This document shows positions 37,280 through 46,683 of a DNA stretch of 46,683 bases, piece by piece. Positions within the stretch are counted from its first letter, which is position 1, and each line of letters starts with the position of its first letter. Source of the DNA: Octopus bimaculoides (Eukaryota). The stretch spans positions 11,125,830 to 11,172,512 of the forward strand of contig NC_068990.1 in the NCBI RefSeq assembly GCF_001194135.2, read 5' to 3'. A model generated the notes under the pieces. That model was not told where the DNA came from. It was given only the letters and a program-made list of their open reading frames with translations, and made no database searches. A program made the position numbers and the translations under genes.

Positions 37280-39074
37280 GTATAGCAAACTGAAATACTA
37301 GAATTAGACTGAAGACATGTCAGTTTTGACTAAGTACATAGTTTTTATATGTTTCTGTCAGGTGGCTTTCAATAATTATCTTTTCTGTTTTTAGAATGTG
37401 CATTTTAAAGTGTATTGGCTGTTGAATTTAGGCCCAGATATGGATTATACCAACTTAGTCATGACTGACAAAGTTTAACTTGCCTTTCAGGTACAGAAGC
37501 ATAGAAACTAAATTTTGTTTTTCATACTTCTCACTGGTTTATTACATATTCAATGTCATGAAGATAAATGTGCCTGACCCTTGGATAAATCACATGATAT
37601 GTTTTCATTTAAAGTATTTGACTGTAAAGATCTAAGATATCCCAGCTATAGTTTTCTCGTATTTTCTTCTTCTATCTTAGACTTCATTATTCGACTAATT
37701 TGTAAAGATGGTAGAGCGTGATTTTAATAACATGTATTTGTATATCACATTATATCGTATCATTGGTTACAGGTTTCCAGTAAACCATTCATTGGTTCAT
37801 TGCATTTATGATGATGACAGTGACATGGAAGCATCTGGCAGCTTAAGCAAATGAATGCTACGAAGAATTTTTATTCAAGAACACTGGTCTAGTGCCAATT
37901 TACATCTACCAAGTGATACACTCATACACACAGACACACACACAATACTAGATATATACACACACTCATACACAAAACTACATGCATACACACATACACA
38001 GCCGTGTGCACACATACATGCACACCTGCACAAAATCACACACACATACACAGACATGCACACAGACATACACAGAATCCTACACATACATGCACATAGA
38101 CATACATATACATACACAGTTTTTGTCAACAAAAATCCCAATGCTTTGGTCAATCTGAATCTAATGACAGAGCAGAATTACCCCAAATGCTCCAAGGAGG
38201 AACTGAACCTTGAAACACACGGTTCTGAAGCAAACTTCTTTACCACGCAACCATGAGGGAGAGTTAGTTGCTACTTCTAGCAGACAATGCAACCATGAAG
38301 CATCTCCCTATTTAGCTCATCTGTATTCAAGAAGATAAGTAGTAGAGCTAAAACTATGGCATCAATATATCATTTGCAGTTCAGTTCAATTACAAATTCC
38401 ATCTGCTTTGAATAATCCGCCTTCAATAAAAGATGTGAAATCTATACAAAAATCTAACCAATTTACAAAGTTACAGTCTAAAGAGTTATCTGAGAGTCCA
38501 TGAGTCAGTGTAGGTGGTGGGGAGAATATATGATAATGAATATGTATAGATGTGTTTGTCTAAGATTGTGAAGTATATTCTTCATGTTTGTGTAACATTG
38601 CAATTGGCTTATTGCCGATGCTTACTACCAGGTGGTCATTGGAAATTCAAAAAAAAAAAAGGAATTAAAGTAACAACCAAGTATTTCTTTTTTTTAAATT
38701 TTCCTTTTATTTGTTTTTCTCATTCTGAATAATGTGAAATAATCAATATTTTCAGACTTATCTAACCCATGCTGTCTGATCATGAATATAGATAATAGAG
38801 TAATGCAATAAAATGCGTATGAAAATCTTTTTTTTTTCCAACTGAAATTTCTGTTTTATTTGTGTGTGCGACTGAGTGTATCTCGGAATAAATCTGCATG
38901 ACGTGTGTGAGTATTTGTGTTTGTGTGTGTCGATGTTTATGCACTTATACATATACACATCCAAACAAACAAATATTGGTGCATGTGTGTGTGTGTGTGT
39001 GTGTGTATACATATATATTATATACGTATATATATACACATACACACATATATATATGCATACGCAAACACATA

Positions 39075-39280
39075 TTCTTTTATTCTTTTACTTGTTTCAT
39101 TCATTTGACTCCAGCCATGCTGGGGCACCACCTTAAGTCGAGCAAATCAATCTAAGAACTTATTCTTTATAGGCCTACTACTGATTCTATCAGTCTCTTT
39201 TGCCAAACCGTTAAGTTATAGGGACATAAACACACCAGCATCGGTTGTCAAGCGATTTTGGGAGGACAAACACAAATGCA
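39075..39280 (-). mobile_element. family-D SINE 3' half
   Basis: Homologous to 230-426. Confidence 0.8.
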
Positions 39281-39286
39281 CATACG

Positions 39287-39332
<46 letters not shown>

Positions 39333-39500
39333 TATATNNNNNNNNNNNNNNNNNNNNNNNNNNNNNNNNNNNNNNNNNNNNNNNNNNNNNNNNNNNNNNN
39401 NNNNNNNNNNNNNNNNNNNNNNNNNNNNNNNNNNNNNNNNNNNNNNNNNNNNNNNNNNNNNNNNNNNNNNNNNNNNNNNNNNNNNNNNNNNNNNNNNNNA

Positions 39501-40590
39501 AAGACGAAGACAGGTGAGTAAACAACAAACAGATGTTTTTTTGTTTAATGCTCAGGAAGTGAGAAAGTCTTTTACGTTTGGAGCCTACGCACTTCAACAG
39601 AAACTAACACAGAAATAAACAGGGAGAGAAAATAGAAAAAGGTTTAGTGACTAGCTATCTATCATGGTGAATGCTGGACAGAGGGGTCACACAGGAGAGC
39701 TAGGAAGAAGGGGAGATAATAAAGTAGTGGTAATCCCAAAACGAAGGTGCATATGCGTGTGTATGTGAGAGCGTGTATATGCATGTGGAAGGAGGCTGGT
39801 GACCTTGATGTGTGCATATCTGCTTGTGTAGGTTTGTGGATTTCGGGGAGGAAGTAAATTGTGGGAGTACGAGGGGTGAGGAGAATGGGATTGGAGGCGG
39901 TGGGGGAGACGGGAGGAAGAGATGAGGTCATGGATAGTGGAGGACACAGTCTGTTGGTAGCTGGGCGTGGGGTTGGAGGGTAGAGGGCAGTAGAAGGAGG
40001 TGTCTTGAAGTTGGTGGAGAGCTTCCACCTTGTAGAGGTCCACGTGCCACACCACCACGGCTCCACCTTTATCGGCCGGTATTATGATGATGTCCGTATA
40101 ACGTCGGAGACATCGAAGAGCCGAGAGTTCGGCTGATGAGATGTTCAGATGTCGGGGACGCTTGGAAAAGTCAAACCGGTCCACAGCACACTGCCAGTCG
40201 CCCGCAAAAAGATCGACTGCTTGCAACTGGCGAGGAGCTGACGTCCACTGGGAATGGCGACCCAGGTCGGTGAAGCAGTCCTATTCATTNNNNNNNNNNT
40301 CCACTGGGAATGGCGACCCAGGTCGGTGAAGCAGTCCTATTCATTAGATGCAGGTGGAGTGTCGCAGAAAAGCGAACACAACCTAACGCGGTGCACAAAG
40401 CTGTGGATATCGGCACGAGTCCGAAATTCGTTGCTGGATGGAGTGAGGGGGGATGAAGCGTAGACCCCTACTGAGGAGGGAGCGCTACGCCTCAGAGAGG
40501 GGAAGATCTGGAAGAATGGTAACAACAGATTGAAGTGGAGAAGGCGTGAATGGGACAGAAGTAGGAGGGGTGGTGGGGTGGAAGGTTGGG
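39501..40590 (-). mobile_element. Penelope-like element (RT N-terminus plus pseudo-LTR, internally deleted)
   Basis: NEFRTRADIHSFVHRVRL, NISSAELSALRCLRRYTDIIIIPADKGGAVVVW and TPRTPTIYFLPEIHKP are Penelope RT motifs; the pLTR-type end lies at 39501-39720. Confidence 0.88.
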
Positions 40591-41491
40591 AATATGGTAT
40601 TTGTTAGTTTCAGTCTGTTTCTATCTCTCAGGTCTCTATATATCATTGACAGTAAGTTTCAGCTGTTATATCACCACTGGATGTCTGCCACTGAGAAGCC
40701 CATAACAAAGCAAAACCACATGATCTGGCAATCCCAGTGGCTGTAGCAGACAATTCTCATCTGTCAGTGGTATAAATAAAAGTGCTTATATGTCCCACAA
40801 TTCCATATGAGAAAACAAATGACAACAACATTAGTATAGTTGAGAGGCAATAGTCTACGTTAGGTGAGGCTTTTTTTTTAGGAAAGTGGCACTTTTGGGA
40901 CTGCTGTGAAAGATTGTATAAGTTCGGGTGCCAGGGGAGGGTGGAAAACTCATGAGCTCCCTGGCCAGCACACACTCTAGCTATGCTATTGTCCTAAATC
41001 AACCCTGATTGATTAGACATATCGTCAAAACCATTCCAAAATTGACCATTCCATATAATCTTTAATTGCAAGAAACACACAATCATGTTATTCCTAGTGC
41101 CATTTTCTAATACGGCAGAATATTAGTTAAAGTAATTTCATTGCTATTTCTTGCTGGGTGAGTTACCTCATAGCGGCGTTTATGTTGACTCATCCTAGGT
41201 TTTTTTTCAGAAGAGTCTTGTCGTTTGCGTATCTGAGAGACAGCGATAATAAATTACTATACAGCTAAGACAGAGATGGAGGGGAAAGGCAGAGAGAGAG
41301 GGAGAGGGAGAGAGGCAGAGATAGAGGGAGAGTGGGAGAGAGAGAGTGAGAGAGAGATAGAGAGACTGTTGCAAACTAAGAGTTAGCATGTCTATAGATT
41401 TTTTAATTACAACTGCCTTATGACAGTTATAAATAATTCGTCCGTACAGTATATCTGCAGGGAAAAGAGATAACAGTTGTGTTTGTTTCAG

Positions 41492-41539
41492 CGCTTTTAC
41501 AAGTCTTCGTCAGCATGAAGATGGCACTTTAAATCATTG
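41492..41539 (+). other. candidate 48-nt micro-exon (AFTSLRQHEDGTLNH)
   Basis: Acceptor gttgtgtttgtttcAG and donor GTGAGT; length is a multiple of 3 and it is open in phase 2. Confidence 0.3.
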
Positions 41540-41629
41540 GTGAGTTATCTGAGATACGTTTCATTGCTATAACTTTACCATAGAACATATCTACATATTC
41601 AGTTAGCCAATGTACTGTATTACGAAGTT

Positions 41630-42000
41630 TGTGTAGCAGATTCGAAACAGAGTCAACAGATTGCCAAGTTAAAATCATGGCTTTGTAACAGCCGTTTCAC
41701 GTGATCAACCGAGTTACGGACCAATCAGATTCAAGACATCATGCGATGCATCTTTCTAGAAGCAGTTGAAACATCTCTTTATAAGGATTATTTATAGGCA
41801 TGTTTATAGCACCAACTTTGCGGATATCAAAGACGACAAAGCAAAATGCATATCCACTCTTGCCAGACATATTTGCGCAGAGACCGGCCGATTCCTTTCA
41901 CACAGCTCACCACTTGTCTCAATTTGTGAGCGTCCGCCCGCAGCTAAGCTAACTACATTATCATTTTGCTGCTCTAAACAGTCGTTCTAATGACTTCTTA
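41630..42000. promoter_or_regulatory. CpG-rich non-repeat island with CCAAT and CACGTG motifs
   Basis: About 15 CpG in 350 bp; GGACCAATCAG and TTCACGTGAT; minus donor GTGAGC at 41909-41910. Confidence 0.35.
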
Positions 42001-42600
42001 TTCAACATAGTTGACAGCAGCTAATGTTTTGTATTCATGGATCCAGCATGGTACTTTCTCTCCTGCCTTGACAGTTTATTTACTGAACTTTCTTTATCAA
42101 CTATTTGTAAATTGCTACAGAATTGTTCATTCCAGAGTGTAAACTTTGTTGTTGCATTTCTAATTCATTACCAACATGAAAACATTTTGTGCGGTGAATA
42201 AAATTTTGTTAATTGTTCACAATTGTTGTGCATTCATTATACGCAGTCTGAACACAAACTCAACCACCAGCATCTCACATCTTTCATTCTAGGATCACCG
42301 TAATTGTTCTTGGTTACCATACATTGTGACAATTGCAAACAATTCCTCTGTACATTGTGTGTGGACAGGAAAAGGGAAGAACAGCTCTAAATTCGTTACT
42401 TAATTTCGCTTGTTTGCAAACATTGTTTGACCTAGCGTTGGTTAAACTTAACCTTTAGATATATTCTGTAGAACATTATAGGAAGGAAACGAAACACCCT
42501 TAACACACCAGCAATGTTCAGTCTTGTTGTCACTAAAGTACTGAATATGTAGATTAGTCAGTCCAGTCTACTTCAGTATCTAATATTGGTTTCAAATTCA

Positions 42601-43430
42601 AGGTAGCGATGTGGCAGAAATTTTAGCACGCCAGGTGAAATGCTGAGCGATATTTCATCTGTCTTTACATTATGAGTTCAAATCCCACCGAGGTCGACTT
42701 CGCCTTTTGTCCTTTCGGGGATCGATAAATTACTGCGTACTGGGATCGATCTAATCGACTGGCCCCCTCCCCCAAAATTTCGGGCCTTGTGCCTAGAGTA
42801 GAAATGAATATTGGTTTCAAATGTTGGGACAAGGCCAGAACTTTTGGGGAAGAGGGTACGTCGATTATAGTGACCCAACCCATAGTGTTCAACTGATATT
42901 TATTTTACTGTCCCTGAAAGCGATGAGAGGCAAAGTCGACTCCGGTGGAATTTGAACACGGAATGTGAAGTCGGAAGAAATGCTGCTAAGCTATTTTTCC
43001 CCGTGTCTTACTTCTGTAACTAATATTGGATTAAAAATGCAGCGAGCTGGGAATCACGCTAGCACGGCGGGCGAAGTGTTTAGTGGTATTTCGTCCATCT
43101 TTATATTCTGAGTTCAAATTCCCCCGAGGTCGACTCTGCCTTTCATCATTTCGGGGTTGATAAATTAAGTATCTAATGGACTCTCCCCATCCCCCAAAAT
43201 TTCGGGTCTTGTGCCTAGAGTATAAAAGAATATTATTGGATTTAAAAGACAGAGAGCTAGCAGTAGCAGCGTTTCGTCCGTCCTTACGTATCGAGTTCAA
43301 ATTCCACCGAGTTCGACTTTGCCTTTCATTCCTTCGGGATCGATAACATGAATACCATTTGAACTGTAGGCTCGATTTAATCGACTTATCCCTCCCCGGA
43401 AATTACTGGCCTCGTACCAAAATTTGAAAT
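42601..43430. mobile_element. cluster of four family-A SINEs (+,-,+,+), CpG retained
   Basis: Core GAGGTCGACT...GCCTTT repeated at about 42690, 42930, 43125 and 43310. Confidence 0.85.
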
Positions 43431-44049
43431 CAATATCGTGATACACAGATGATGACGATGGCTCTACAAAGAATTGAAATGTATGTATAGTTATTTGTTC
43501 CCCTCCTTTACTATCTACATGCATTACTGACGAATTGTTTACAAATGTAACTGTCTAATTGTGTCACACAAAAGAGTGAGCATTATTCACTATATGTTGA
43601 TGTATAGTGTATGGTTCATTTAAACCGAATGTTTATCTCCGGACGTGATCACAGCTGCATGAAACCTGGTAAGCAAGATAAACATTTATGCTGTGTATGT
43701 TTGTAAGATAAAATGAAAGATGGGCTGGCGGTAGCTAATGGCATCAAAGCATTTATAAATTAATTATACAGAAGTGAATATAAATATGATTAAGCAGGAA
43801 AACAGGCCAGTGAAAGTTCATAGTAGTTCTTCATAGATATATGTAGATAACCGGAAGGTTTTTACTCTAACAACACAGATTAAAAAAGAGAATACAGATA
43901 ATTCTTCGTAGTTGTTCTTCGTAGATAGGTAGATTTCAGGAAAGTTCATACTCTAACGTCACAGATAAGAGAGAAGAGCATTCGGGCAATCATTTAGAGC
44001 TGGTTCGGTAGGGTCAGTAAGTGCAGTAGTGTGCATGGTGTGTGCATAC

Positions 44050-44730
44050 CAGTGGCGGCTCGTAGATAAAATTAGTTGGGATGCTGCTTCAGAAAATTTT
44101 AGCCGTTGTTTTAATATTGGGTAAAAGGAAACAAACATATAAAAAGAAAATTTATACATAAACTTCATCGGTTTGAGTTTTAACCACTACCGGGTAGGGT
44201 GTTTATTTTGTTCACTGAACACCGCCACGAATTCCCCCTTGTTTTTCAAAAATCCCCCCTAAATTACGAAATAAGGTGGGGAGACGTGCCCTATCTTTCA
44301 AATCCTGGCAGCAACACAGGATAATAATAATCTAATTCTTCACTTTATCACATTCAAGAATACAAACACGTTTTTAGGTATAACACACGCGGAGTCAAAA
44401 AGAAACACTACCTTTCACCCGGCAATCTCGTTCACGCAGTGCTCTCTGTCCCTAGTGTGAAGTTTCCTATCTCGGACATTTGAGCATGCGCACAATAGCC
44501 ACACACCACGTCGCTTGAACTGTGAAGCGCACAGTTCTATTCAAGGAATTTTTTGTATTTTTTCATAAACTAGGGGTTGGCTACTGACATTGAGCTTAAG
44601 GATTATATAAGGTACAATTATAAAGATAGAATTTTAAAGAAAGGACTCCTTATATTGAATGTTATCGACAATATCGAGTGGAAATAGGGGGTGCTGCAGT
44701 TCCACAGTGACTATACACGAGCCGCTACTG
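44050..44730. mobile_element. hAT-type non-autonomous element (681 bp)
   Basis: 14-bp TIRs CAGTGGCGGCTCGT and ACGAGCCGCTACTG (1 mismatch); 8-bp flanks GTGCATAC/GTACATAT (6/8, both transitions). Confidence 0.8.
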
Positions 44731-46180
44731 GTACATATATACAAAGTAAATTGGTGTTAGCGAATGTATATGGAATAACACAAATTCAAATTATAAAATC
44801 ATCAGCAGCAGGGAATAAAATTTTAGCGGCTGAAGATACTCGCTGTTTGCACTATACCGTAAAGGAAAATTATAGTCGTGAGCTAAACTTGGCTAAGGAT
44901 ATATAATAAGTTTGGAGGAAGTCTGATAAAGTCAAATATCAAAGAAAATTCAAATCAATTAGAAGAAAAGATAAGAAGGGCCGACACATGTATTGCAAGT
45001 GAGAGTCTACTTGAATTCCTAGCTGCCAAATTGCTGAAACTCATTCAAGTGTGTAAAGGCTTGACAGACTCAGTAGAGCATTAAAGAAAGAATGCAAATA
45101 CAGACGGGAGCCAAGGCGATCAAGTTTGTGTTGGGCAAAGTAATGGCTAGATACGTATTATTATATAACACATTAACAATTATACAGCCACGTAAATAAT
45201 AATTTAAATAATGCCCAAAGGACAGACATAGAATTAAAAGACCCGATATCAGACTATACAAAAGATAAACTCGAAGAAATAGAAAGGGCTCGCCAAAGCA
45301 GGTACGAAAGAGTTAGACGTATGTAACCAAAGCAAGTGATATATAGCGATCTACAGTAAAAAAAATCATAGGATAAACTATAGTTACTATTTAATACGAG
45401 ATAAAAAAAAAATCAGAAAAGTACAAGCAACCTTAGAAAACCTGGTAAAAAGTCATTTGAATGGTTATTGCTTTAGAAATATGGTAGTATATGAATAGAC
45501 AACAGGATTCCACTAAACTAGAGGTAGCTGTGATGTAATCTTTTGAAAGGATTCATGGTACATCGCTGTTTTGATACTATACTCTATAAAATAGTATCAG
45601 TCTGACGTTGAATGCTCTTATCTGTTATATACGTCAATCACACCACATATGCTATATACATAGAAGGACAGANNNNNNNNNNNNNNNNNNNNNNNNNNNN
45701 NNNNNNNNNNNNNNNNNNNNNNNNNNNNNNNNNNNNNNNNNNNNNNNNNNNNNNNNNNNNNNNNNNNNNNNNNNNNNNNNNNNNNNNNNNNNNNNNNNNN
45801 NNNNNNNNNNNNNNNNNNNNNNNNNNNNNNNNNNNNNNNNNNNNNNNNNNNNNNNNNNNNNNNNNNNNNNNNNNNNNNNNNNNNNNNNNNNNNNNNNNNN
45901 NNNNNNNNNNNNNNNNNNNNNNNNNNNNNNNNNNNNNNNNNNNNNNNNNNNNNNNNNNNNNNNNNNNNNNNNNNNNNNNNNNNNNNNNNNNNNNNNNNNN
46001 NNNNNNNNNNNNNNNNNNNNNNNNNNNNNNNNNNNNNNNNNNNNNNNNNNNNNNNNNNNNNNNNNNNNNNNNNNNNNNNNNNNNNNNNNNNNNNNTATAT
46101 ATACATACCTACATATATATATATACATATATATATAGTCACACACACCTACCTACAGATATATATACATATATATGTAT

Positions 46181-46212
<32 letters not shown>

Positions 46213-46382
46213 GCACACATGCATGCATACATACGCACACGCATACTCACACATATTACATTGTATAAGAACCATTTTAGTCATCTAATAACACACCAAC
46301 AACTATTAAATTTTTGCTTTACTTATTTCTTGAGATTTTTAAAATGTTCTATACGCCGCTGCATATACTTGCGGTTGTGTCA

Positions 46383-46445
46383 ATATATATGCACCTACGT
46401 ATACATTTCTATATATATGCACCTACGTATACATTTCTATATATA
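46383..46445. repeat. 28-bp tandem duplication
   Basis: ATATATATGCACCTACGTATACATTTCT x2. Confidence 0.9.
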
Positions 46446-46559
46446 AAGTACCGAAATTGGAAACAAATTTATCGAGTTCTTTATTTCTTCGAGGTAGCAG
46501 TGGCAAGCATATCTTAGTTGCGCTTTTCAGTGTGCATCTTTGTATGCGCTTATGCGTCT

Positions 46560-46626
46560 ATGTATGTGAGAGAGAAAGAGAGAGAGAGTATGTATATGTG
46601 TATGTGCATGTGTGTGTGTGTGTATG

Positions 46627-46683
<57 letters not shown>
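46560..46683. repeat. (AG)/(GT)/(TA)n microsatellites
   Basis: Directly visible. Confidence 0.95.

Noticed and set aside
40244-40345. 46-bp tandem duplication in the Penelope element
   Set aside because: Identical copies flank a 10-N gap, which indicates a contig-overlap assembly artefact.
41158-41163. GTGAGT splice donor
   Set aside because: Lies in a dispersed repeat also seen near 11820 and 38270.
44200-44560. Host gene promoter (CpG-rich, NRF1-like motif) or Helitron 3' end
   Set aside because: Lies within the TIR/TSD-bounded hAT element; the hairpin is too far from the CTAG for a canonical Helitron end.

Overview
AT-rich, microsatellite-dense animal genomic DNA with nine N-gaps. The SINE and LINE families look like those of octopus-type cephalopods (inferred from recognised repeats, no database search). 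No intact protein-coding gene of a known family is recognisable. Most of the window is transposon debris: about 25 tRNA-derived SINE copies in 3-4 families, RTE, R4/Dong, CR1/L2-like and Penelope retroelement fragments, and mariner, pogo/Tigger, piggyBac-like and hAT relics. The largest relic is the 3' half of an AcademX-type transposon with a decayed XPG/PIN-like nuclease ORF (about 8979-11495). Beyond the repeats, splice signals with compatible phases suggest two small unannotated genes. One is a minus-strand model (6249 to 2015, about 108 aa, hydrophobic); the other is a plus-strand model around a convincing 213-nt exon (37067-37279). They may be transcribed divergently from a CpG-rich patch at about 27.4-27.7 kb, and the plus-strand side (about 29-39 kb) carries a CpG-decay footprint. 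The clearest structural oddity is an exactly abutting interleaved inverted repeat (A-X-B-A'-B', 7012-7503) bracketed by a 12-bp direct repeat.
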